Below, in pieces: positions 16,732 to 24,358 of a DNA stretch of 32,000 nt. The notes under the pieces are model-generated. The model was not told the origin of the DNA and ran no database searches. It was given only the letters and a program-made list of their open reading frames with translations. How positions within the stretch are numbered: position 1 is the first letter of the stretch; every line of letters begins with the position of its first letter. Both the position numbers and the translations under genes were made by a program. The stretch is taken from the NCBI RefSeq assembly GCF_000020225.1, contig NC_010655.1, positions 2,370,001 to 2,402,000 of the forward strand, written 5' to 3'. This DNA is from Akkermansia muciniphila ATCC BAA-835 (GTDB lineage Bacteria; Verrucomicrobiota; Verrucomicrobiia; Verrucomicrobiales; Akkermansiaceae).

Positions 16732-17451
16732 ATGAATGGCGTCCCTCCACTGGAATTCGCAGGGGTTTCCCACTGGGCGGCCCTGGCCGTCCTCCTGGCG
16801 GCGGGAGCCTGCATCCTGGAGCTGGGGCAGTCCTACAAGAAAACCGTCAGAAACCGCACTACCTTCTGGCTGGGGGCGGCCTGCCTGTTCAGCCTGGTTC
16901 CCGACCTGGCCGCCATGCTGGCCGATGAACCGGAAAAGAACTGGACATGGATGCTCCCCCTGCATTTCTGCTCCGTCATGCAGGTGGTGTGCGCCCTGAG
17001 CCTGTGGATACCCTCCCGGCGGCTGCGCTCCGTGGCCTATTACTGCGTGCTGTGCGCCACCCTCCAGGGGCTGGTGACTCCTTCCGTGGCCCATGATTTC
17101 CCCTCATGGACGTATTTTGCCTTTTTCCTTTCCCACGGCGTGACAGTCATCACGGCGCTTTACCTGCCTCTGGCTCTGGAATGGAAGCCGGCGCGCTGGG
17201 ACTTCCTGTGGGCTTTTTTGCTGGCGAATGCGTACCTGGTGGCCATTCATCCCGTCAACATGCTCCTGGGAACCAATTACGGGTTTACCGTGGCCACTCC
17301 CGCCGGAGGGTCCGTGCTGGACTTTCTCGGGCCATGGCCCTGGTACCTGCTGTGGATGCAGGTTCCGGCGCTGGCGCTGATGTATCTGCTCACGCTCCCC
17401 TTCCGCCGTTATCCCAGAGGCCGCACGGGCAGTTCCCTGTTCCGCCATTGA
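16732..17451 (+). CDS. TIGR02206/YwaF-type (TMEM164-like) integral membrane protein, paralogue of 204-908
   Basis: 239 aa. It shares blocks LPLHFCSVM, LQGLVTP, FAFFLSHG, ALYLP, HPVNMLLGTNYGF and LGPWPWY with the first-gene product. Confidence 0.8.
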   Translation: MNGVPPLEFAGVSHWAALAVLLAAGACILELGQSYKKTVRNRTTFWLGAACLFSLVPDLAAMLADEPEKNWTWMLPLHFCSVMQVVCALSLWIPSRRLRSVAYYCVLCATLQGLVTPSVAHDFPSWTYFAFFLSHGVTVITALYLPLALEWKPARWDFLWAFLLANAYLVAIHPVNMLLGTNYGFTVATPAGGSVLDFLGPWPWYLLWMQVPALALMYLLTLPFRRYPRGRTGSSLFRH

Positions 17452-17513
17452 AAGGGAATCTTTTTTCCCTGCCCCGCCGCTTCCGACGGAATCCCCGCAA
17501 AACGGCCCGCCCG

Positions 17514-17549
17514 CTTCCGGAAAAAAGAGCCCCGGAAAGTTCTTTATTG
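17514..17549 (+). terminator. weak terminator-like hairpin between convergent genes
   Basis: CTTCCGG ... CCGGAAAG forms 6-7 bp with one bulge, followed by TTCTTTATT. It overlaps the stop of the convergent gene. Confidence 0.35.
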
Positions 17550-17987
17550 TATAATCGGCTTGAGGATGCCGATGTAGGTGTCCGATGTCCCTGTTCCGCG
17601 ATAAATGGAATTAATCCTGATTTTGATGGTGTGCACAGGCTGCCTGTAATACGGAGGCACGACAATCTGCGGAGTCCAGTCATCCCGCAGCGTGGCGTCA
17701 AAAGTATAAGTTCCGTTCAGCGTCACCTGAATGCCTTTGGGGCGGCTGAACATGGAGTAGGCAATATTCGGGTGCCTCCGGGCTTCCGAATCCTTTTCCG
17801 GGTCGGTCACCGGGGAAATGCCGGTCTCCAGCATGATTCCCAGCAGCCGGCCGGGTTTCCTGAGCCTGATCTCCAGGGTTTCCCCCTGGCCGTCCCCGGA
17901 AACGCTTTCCGCCCAATAGCCGGAACTTTTTTTCAGATTGTCCGGGGAACATGGAACCCCGTAGGGGTCCCTGTCCAGGGTGGAGCT
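17544..17987 (-). other. C-terminal discoidin-like / NADase-type glycan-binding-like beta-sandwich region of the secreted protein at 17544-18917
   Basis: The last ~150 aa read SSTLDRDPYG...NLKKSSGYWAESVSGDGQGETLEIRLRKPGRLLGIMLETG...SRPKGIQVTLNG...HTIKIRINSIYRGTGTSDTYI. This follows the W-E...G-G-G-E-x-i...G-i-x-i-x-G...rpk-x-v...i-x-I-x-s-vy pattern of that domain as I recall it. Confidence 0.45.
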
Positions 17988-18917
17988 GGCAGTCACGTCA
18001 TACTGGTCCGTCAGGACGCCCCTTTCTCCGCGGACGGTCATCCGCCCATCCTTGTCCAGCACCCACCCGGGCCCCGGAGTAAGCACCAAGGAGGGAGCGT
18101 AGGGCCTGCCGTCCGCTCCCAGCAAAGACCAGGTATAAACGCCTTTGGGCGTCGTCATGATGGATTTGGCATCCGCGGAGGGATCCAGCTTGACGGACTG
18201 GTTGGTCATCTCCGAGCTGTACACATTGACCACCGCCCTGGGGGTGCCCCCTGTCCAGGTTATTACCGGAGAGGTAAGCAGCGTCAGGCGCGGTTCCCCC
18301 ATGTGGACCTTCGGTTCCGGCGTAATGGCAACGTCCTGCGTATAAGGAACGGAGAACTGGAAGGTAAGAACATGGATTCCCGCCTTGTTGGGAACCTGGG
18401 CCACCAGCCAGTGAGTTATGCCGGCAATGGGAAACATGGAGGGAGCGTCCGCCTGGAGATGCCGCCCCTCCACCAGGGAAAAATCACATTTCAGATCATC
18501 CACGGATGTGACGACGTCCTGCACCGCTTTCGTAAAAGGGAGGCTGCGTATGGGTTCCTGCCTGGCGGCATTGGCCTGTTCATCAGGCGGTTCGTACTGG
18601 AACGGCACGCCTACGGAAATGGTTTTCCCCCTGATTCCCCTGGGAATATCCAGCGCGCAGGTGTAAATGAGGAAAGCCTGGTGCTGCTTCAGGGAAACAG
18701 TAACGTCCAGCGCGTTCAGCCGGATTCCGTCCGCCTGCGTCAAATCCATGGGAACGGGCAAGCCGGGAACCGGAGCGATGCATTGAAAGGATATCTCCTG
18801 CTGGCGGGGGCGGTCCGCTTTTTCCGCGGCGGTCTGTTCCTTCTGCTGGGGTTCGGCGGCCATGCCCGGCACGCAGCATGCAATGCCGGCCAGCCAGATC
18901 AGGGTAGCCAATCTCAT
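17544..18917 (-). CDS. secreted protein of unknown function with discoidin-like C-terminal domain
   Basis: ATG 18915-18917 gives MRLATLIWLAGIACCVPGMAAEP, a signal peptide; the ORF's first ATG is at 18959. The protein is 457-471 aa, with beta-rich, low-hydrophobicity composition typical of a real exported protein. No family recognised for the N-terminal ~300 aa. Confidence 0.7.
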   Translation of the reverse strand: MRLATLIWLAGIACCVPGMAAEPQQKEQTAAEKADRPRQQEISFQCIAPVPGLPVPMDLTQADGIRLNALDVTVSLKQHQAFLIYTCALDIPRGIRGKTISVGVPFQYEPPDEQANAARQEPIRSLPFTKAVQDVVTSVDDLKCDFSLVEGRHLQADAPSMFPIAGITHWLVAQVPNKAGIHVLTFQFSVPYTQDVAITPEPKVHMGEPRLTLLTSPVITWTGGTPRAVVNVYSSEMTNQSVKLDPSADAKSIMTTPKGVYTWSLLGADGRPYAPSLVLTPGPGWVLDKDGRMTVRGERGVLTDQYDVTASSTLDRDPYGVPCSPDNLKKSSGYWAESVSGDGQGETLEIRLRKPGRLLGIMLETGISPVTDPEKDSEARRHPNIAYSMFSRPKGIQVTLNGTYTFDATLRDDWTPQIVVPPYYRQPVHTIKIRINSIYRGTGTSDTYIGILKPIIQ

Positions 18918-19460
18918 GGCCGTTAGATTAACGCGTGGCAGCCCGTTCATCAAGTCCATTTAGGGGAGGGGGAAAGGTCCCTTCGTACCCGCCCTTTTCC
19001 CTGAACAAACAAGGGCGGCCCTCCTTTGAACCAGCGACGCCCGCAGCAGGAAAACATTCGTTCCAAACTCCGGAATTGGTCGCTTCATGCCCTTGGAAGC
19101 GGGTTCCGGGGTTCCGCCTGGACGTCTCTCTGCCGGAGAAGCGGAAAGATGGCCCATGGCACATGACAGGTAAAAACCAACTGAGGGGCATCGGAGGGCC
19201 TTTTCCGCCACAAACCAGCATAATTAACTCATTAACAACAATCGACATCCATTGTTGCATATTTGCAGAAAGACCGTGTTCTTCCGCTTTCCAGGCGCCG
19301 TTAACGTACTCTTATTACCAGGGTTTTTCATGAAAAGCCCGTTTCCGGGGGAGAGCCAAAACGCCCAGCCGCCCCCCTTCGCCAAACAAAAAAGAAGCAT
19401 GCGGAAGACAGAAAAAATCACGCAAGACAGGAGAATTTTTTCTAGAAAACAGAACAAATA

Positions 19461-19507
19461 ATACAATATATAGTGTATATAAAAAAATACTGTACAATAT
19501 TTCCTTT
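19461..19507 (+). promoter_or_regulatory. candidate NrdR operator (one strong box plus degenerate second box 31 bp downstream) upstream of nrdJ
   Basis: ATACAATATATAGTGT (19461-19476) matches 15/16 positions of the NrdR-box consensus acaCwAtATaTwGtgt as I remember it. GTACAATAT recurs at 19492-19500, exactly 31 bp later. The site lies 53-99 bp upstream of the nrdJ ATG in an AT-rich island. Confidence 0.5.
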
Positions 19508-19559
19508 TCATCAGGATTATTTTTCAGTAGATAATGCACACGCTACGCGCCGCCGCCCC

Positions 19560-22500
19560 ATGACGAAGCGCAAAAGCCTACGGGATTATTCCCAAACCTT
19601 TCTACTTCGCAATCCAATGATCACAGACAACTCGCAAACCATACTCAAACTGCGTACAGGCCAGGAAATCATCCTCCCCCAGAGGAAAGACCTGCTGGGC
19701 GGTTTGAAATTCACCAGAAGATTTTCACACAATGAAGTCCACCCCTATGATGAAGTGGACTGGACACGCCGCGACGTCCGCATTATGGATTGGAAAACCG
19801 GCAAGACCATTTACGAGCGCCTGGGTCTGGAAGCTCCGGCCCACTGGGATGACAACGCCGTCAAAATCACGGCGGACAAGTACCTTTTCGGCAGTGAACC
19901 CGGCTCCCTAGAATATGAAGACAGCTTCCGCAATATCTACGACCGCATTTCCAATACCTATACCGTATGGGGATGGGAGGAAGGCTACTTCGCCACGCTG
20001 GAGGACGCGGAAATTTTCAATGAGGAAATCAAGGCCATGCTGGTGCAGCAGATATGGGCGCCCAACTCCCCCGTCTGGTTCAACATCGGCCACTGGGAGC
20101 AGTGGCGCTGGGGACGCCCGGACCTGAGGGAAAACTATACAGGCCACGGCAACAAGGCCTACCATACCAAAGGGACCAAGAACAATCTGAAAACCTTCAT
20201 GGTCCAGTCTACGTATGAATACCCCCAGTGTTCCGCCTGCTTCCTGACGGAAGTGGGAGACAGCATGGAGGATATTCTGGACCACCTGACGACGGAAGGC
20301 CGTATTTTCGCGTCCGGTTCCGGAGTAGGCATCAACCTGTCCACCCTCCGGTCCTCTAAGGAGCCCATCAGCGGCAAGGGCCGCTCCTCCGGCCCCATCT
20401 CTTTCGACCGCGGCTGGGACCGCATGGCCGGAGCCATCAAATCCGGAGGCAAGACGCGCCGCGCCGCACGCATGGTCCTGATGTTCAGCGACCACCCGGA
20501 TATTTTCGAATTCATCAATACGAAAAACCGCCAGGAAGACATCGCCAAGGTTATCCTGCGCGAACACAACGTGCATGTGGAGCTCAAGCAGATTGCGGAG
20601 ACCAAGCTGGTTGCCGGCACTCCGGCGGAAAAGGCCGCCGCCCGCGTCATTCTTTCCCTTCCCCTGGCCACCCGGAACAGTTTTGACCCGCACATGGACG
20701 CCCTGCTGTACGGGGAAACGCTTTCCCACCAGAACGCGAACCATTCCGTTTCCCTGAAGGGGGATTTCTGGCAGGCGCTCGCCAATAACGGCAATACCTA
20801 CACGCGCTGGGTCACGAATCCGGCCCACATCGAACAGACGTTCCGCGCCCAGGAACTTCTGGAAGCCATGGCCCAGTCCATCTGGGACAACGGGGAACCC
20901 GGCGTGCACAATAACGACGTGATCAACCTGTGGAATCCCGTCAAATCCATCGGCACCATCACTACGTCCAATCCCTGCTCGGAATACGTCTTCCTGAACA
21001 ATACGAGCTGCAACCTTTCCTCCTTCAACGCCTATCGCTTCCTGATCAAGGGAGAGGACGGCAAGCCCGTTTTTGATGCGGACGCCCTGACCCACGCCGC
21101 CCGCCTGGCCATGGTCTGCGCGGACCTGAATGTGGAACGCGGCGGCTTCCCGATTGAAGAAATCGCGGAGGGCACCTACAAGTACCGCACCACGGGCATC
21201 GGCTTCGCCAACGTGGGCGGCTCCCTGATGGCCCTGGGCGTGCCTTACGATTCCGACGAAGGCCGCTGGATTGCCTCCCAGCTTTGCAGTGCCCTGACGG
21301 CGGCCTGCTGGACGGCCTCCGCGGAAATGGGCGCGGAACTGGGTTCCTACGTGGAATACCCCGCCAGCAAGAAAGACCTGCTCGCCGTGCTGCGCCTGCA
21401 CAACGCAGCCCAGAAACTGGCAAGCGCCCTGCCCTCCCAGAAGGACTCCAAGACGCTGGACGACCTGATTGAGAACATCATCGCCAATGCCGGAGGGATC
21501 CTGCCGGAAGCGCAGGGGCTCACCGCCTCCTATGCCCTGCATGCCTACCTCAAGAGCTTCAAGGCCCCCACCATGATGAACAGGGAGCGCATCGCCCCTG
21601 CGGCCAAGCTGGCGGAAGCCGCTTCCGACATGTGGGCGAAGGTGATCAAGGCCACGGCGCACCGCAACGCGTTTGTTTCCGTGATGGCACCCACGGGCAC
21701 CATTTCCGCCCCGCTGGGCTGCTATGATGAAGGCACTACTTCCATTGAGCCGGATTACACGCTGGTGAAATGGAAGCAGCTGGCGGGCGGAGGCTCCCTG
21801 AAGATGTTCAACCGCCTGGCCCTGGAAGGCCTCCGCTCCCTGGGTTACCCGGAAGACTTCGTCAATGAAGCCGCTCTGGAAGTGGCGGGCCTGGACGGCC
21901 TGATTTCCGCGTTCCAGGGGAATATGGATTACGTCGTGAACCAGCTCATTGTGGACCCCTGCAATGACCAGGCCGGCCCCGTGCGCCTCGCGTGGCGCCG
22001 CCTGCTCTCCGGAACGGAATCCCGCAGTGAAATTCAGGAAAAAGTGGCTTATATCAGCAACCCGGCCAACATGGCCGTGCTGACGGCGGATGAACTCGCC
22101 GTAGTCAACGGAGCCGCCCATATTGAATCCATACCGTGGCTGAATAAGAAGGACCTGCCGGTCTTTGACTGCGCCGCCACCAACGGCAACGGCATCCGTG
22201 CCATTTCCCCCGCCGGCCATGTGCTGATGCTGGGCGCCCTCCAGCCCTTCATCTCCGGCGCGTGCTCCAAGACGGTCAACATGCCCGTCTCCGCCAGCGT
22301 GCAGGATATTTACGATTCCCTCATCATGTCCCACGAGCTGGGCGTGAAGTGCATCGCCATCTTCCGCGCCGGATCCAAGGCGAATGCCGTTTACGTGGTG
22401 GATACCCCGGAAACGCGCATGTTCAAGGCCAACCACGTCTGGGAACAGCTGGTGAATGCCGGATCGGACGCCATTGACGAAATCATCGCGGAGGCATCCA

Positions 22501-23159
22501 AGCCGCGCCAGCGCAAGCTGCCCGGTCGCCGTCTGGGCCAGACCGTAAAATTCTCCGTAGGCGGCCAGCTGACGGGCTACCTGACGGTAGGCGTTTATGC
22601 GGACGGCACCTGCGGGGAAGTTTTCGGACGCCTGGGACAAGTCGGCTCCTTCGCCTCCGGCATGTTTGAAGCTTACTGCAAACTCCTTTCCACCGCCCTT
22701 CAGTTCGGCGTGCCTCTCAAGGAAGTGGTCAAGGGTTTCCGCAATTACTCCTTCGAGCCCTCCGGGTTCTGCCGCGTGGGGGACGACACGGAGGCGGACA
22801 CCTGCACGGAAATCCGCTCCTGCGCTTCCGTGGTGGATTTGATTGCCAAAATCCTGGCGTGGCTTTTCCCGGAAAGCAACGGCTACCGCCTGCGGGACGT
22901 ATTCTCCATCCCCAGCGTCAGCCTTCCGGGCCAGGCTCCGGATACGACGGTAAGCGTGCTGCCCCCCCGCATCATCACCACTCCGGCGCATCCCGCTACT
23001 CCGGCCCTGCCGGAAATTCCCGCCGGAAAGGTTCCGGAAGGAACGATGCTCAACGGCGCCTCCCTCTGCCCGCAGTGCCACTCCCTGGCCTATGTCCAGG
23101 ACGGCAAATGCAAATCCTGCCGCTCCTGCGGATACAAGGACGGCGGCTGCGGGGAATAA
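19560..23159 (+). CDS. nrdJ: adenosylcobalamin-dependent (class II) ribonucleotide reductase
   Basis: About 1199 aa. It has the N-terminal FTRRF...PYDEVDWTRRDVRI...WDDNAVKITADKYLFG pattern, PQCSACFL, the thiyl-radical loop TSNPCSEY...SCNLSS and a C-terminal Cys-rich tail CPQC...CKSCRSC...GC. Start at ATG 19560 (MTKRK); ATG 19617 (MITDN) is an alternative. Confidence 0.95.
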   Translation: MTKRKSLRDYSQTFLLRNPMITDNSQTILKLRTGQEIILPQRKDLLGGLKFTRRFSHNEVHPYDEVDWTRRDVRIMDWKTGKTIYERLGLEAPAHWDDNAVKITADKYLFGSEPGSLEYEDSFRNIYDRISNTYTVWGWEEGYFATLEDAEIFNEEIKAMLVQQIWAPNSPVWFNIGHWEQWRWGRPDLRENYTGHGNKAYHTKGTKNNLKTFMVQSTYEYPQCSACFLTEVGDSMEDILDHLTTEGRIFASGSGVGINLSTLRSSKEPISGKGRSSGPISFDRGWDRMAGAIKSGGKTRRAARMVLMFSDHPDIFEFINTKNRQEDIAKVILREHNVHVELKQIAETKLVAGTPAEKAAARVILSLPLATRNSFDPHMDALLYGETLSHQNANHSVSLKGDFWQALANNGNTYTRWVTNPAHIEQTFRAQELLEAMAQSIWDNGEPGVHNNDVINLWNPVKSIGTITTSNPCSEYVFLNNTSCNLSSFNAYRFLIKGEDGKPVFDADALTHAARLAMVCADLNVERGGFPIEEIAEGTYKYRTTGIGFANVGGSLMALGVPYDSDEGRWIASQLCSALTAACWTASAEMGAELGSYVEYPASKKDLLAVLRLHNAAQKLASALPSQKDSKTLDDLIENIIANAGGILPEAQGLTASYALHAYLKSFKAPTMMNRERIAPAAKLAEAASDMWAKVIKATAHRNAFVSVMAPTGTISAPLGCYDEGTTSIEPDYTLVKWKQLAGGGSLKMFNRLALEGLRSLGYPEDFVNEAALEVAGLDGLISAFQGNMDYVVNQLIVDPCNDQAGPVRLAWRRLLSGTESRSEIQEKVAYISNPANMAVLTADELAVVNGAAHIESIPWLNKKDLPVFDCAATNGNGIRAISPAGHVLMLGALQPFISGACSKTVNMPVSASVQDIYDSLIMSHELGVKCIAIFRAGSKANAVYVVDTPETRMFKANHVWEQLVNAGSDAIDEIIAEASKPRQRKLPGRRLGQTVKFSVGGQLTGYLTVGVYADGTCGEVFGRLGQVGSFASGMFEAYCKLLSTALQFGVPLKEVVKGFRNYSFEPSGFCRVGDDTEADTCTEIRSCASVVDLIAKILAWLFPESNGYRLRDVFSIPSVSLPGQAPDTTVSVLPPRIITTPAHPATPALPEIPAGKVPEGTMLNGASLCPQCHSLAYVQDGKCKSCRSCGYKDGGCGE

Positions 23160-23191
23160 ACGGTAACCAGATCATTCCATACCCGCTCTTT

Positions 23192-23227
23192 CCAGGCGGA
23201 ACCCGGCAGCTGCCGGGTTCCGCCTGG
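23192..23227 (+). terminator. 36 bp perfect palindrome (putative terminator hairpin) after nrdJ
   Basis: CCAGGCGGAACCCGGCAG|CTGCCGGGTTCCGCCTGG is a perfect 18+18 palindrome centred on CAGCTG, 33 nt after the nrdJ stop. There is no clean T-tract (TGAATTT follows). Confidence 0.6.
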
Positions 23228-23425
23228 TGAATTTACGGAGAAGGCATTCTTTCCGGGAGAGACGGTTTTCCGGCCCTCCCGGCTCCCGCCCGGCATGAAC
23301 TTTCCGGAAAGAAGCGAACGGAAACCGCCGCGCGGGGAAAAGGAATGATAGGCGTTTGCCTTGAAATCCGGCAGCATTTCATTCATAGTCCGGCGCGTAC
23401 GCCTGAAGCCGTTCCCACATTTTCC

Positions 23426-24358
23426 ATGAAACCCTACTATACCCTGGCCGATCTTCTGGATGAAGAACATCCGTTTGACGCCGGGGAAACCGTTCCCGCC
23501 AGACTGGTCGTAATCGGTTTCCCCATTGCCCATTCCAAATCCCCCGCCATGCAGCAGGCCGCGCTGGATGCGGCGGGCATTCGCGCCCGGTATATCCGCA
23601 TCCAGGCCGCTCCGGAAGAATTCGGGGAGGTGGTGCGGCTCCTCAGGAAAAGGGGATTCACGGGGGCCAACGTTACGGTTCCCCACAAGCAGGCGGCCTG
23701 TTCCCTGTGCAGTGACACAGACGCCCTTTCCCGCGCTACCGGCTCCGTCAATACTCTTGTTTTCCAACAGGACGGTTCCGTCTCCGGATTCAATACGGAC
23801 GGCCCGGGGTTCGCCCGCGCCATCCGGGAGGAATTTTCCGTGGATTTGCGCGATTTGAAAGTGGCCCTTCTGGGCTCCTGCGGCGGGGCCGGGCTTGCCC
23901 TGGCCTACACCTGCGCCATGCAGCGTTGCGAACGGCTGACGCTGGCCGGAAGATCGGAAGAAAAGCTTCAGGAGCTTAAAAACAGGCTGAGTTCCTTTTT
24001 CATTGACGAACACAGGCTGGAAGGGGCCTCCGACCGCCTGGCGGCCCACCAGAACAATACGCCCCGTTTCAATGCCGCCGTGGAGGAAGCGGACCTGATC
24101 GTCAACGCCACCTCCCTCGGCCTGAAGCCTACGGACCCTTCCCCCGTCCCCCCTGCACTGCTTTCCGCCCACCATCTGGTTTATGATTTACAGACGCATG
24201 ACGATGCCTTCCAGATGGAAGCCCGCTTTCAGGGCGCCAGAGTTTCCAACGGCCTTTCCATGCTGGTTCACCAGGGGGCCCTTTCCTTTGAACGCTGGTT
24301 CGGCATCAAGCCGGATATTTCCGCCATGCGCCAGGCTCTTGAACAAAAGCATGACTGA
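23426..24358 (+). CDS. aroE: shikimate dehydrogenase
   Basis: 310 aa. VIGFPIAHSKSPAMQQAAL and GANVTVPHKQAA are the shikimate-binding motifs, and LGSCGGAGLA is the NADP Rossmann motif. ATG verified at 23426. Confidence 0.9.
   Translation: MKPYYTLADLLDEEHPFDAGETVPARLVVIGFPIAHSKSPAMQQAALDAAGIRARYIRIQAAPEEFGEVVRLLRKRGFTGANVTVPHKQAACSLCSDTDALSRATGSVNTLVFQQDGSVSGFNTDGPGFARAIREEFSVDLRDLKVALLGSCGGAGLALAYTCAMQRCERLTLAGRSEEKLQELKNRLSSFFIDEHRLEGASDRLAAHQNNTPRFNAAVEEADLIVNATSLGLKPTDPSPVPPALLSAHHLVYDLQTHDDAFQMEARFQGARVSNGLSMLVHQGALSFERWFGIKPDISAMRQALEQKHD

Noticed and set aside
18928-19333. Overlapping 83-132 aa ORFs on both strands in the nrdJ / secreted-protein intergenic region, and the 95 aa ORF 19224-19511
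   Set aside because: They are mutually overlapping, with low-complexity or implausibly Phe/Leu/Cys/Tyr-rich translations from AT-rich DNA, and no motifs. The region is better treated as non-coding (see the findings on structure and the NrdR box).
19908-23081. 1057 aa ORF on the - strand, antisense to nrdJ
   Set aside because: Same reasoning. It is fully nested in a confidently identified gene, has a low-complexity Gly/Arg/Ala/His-rich translation, and shows no family signature.
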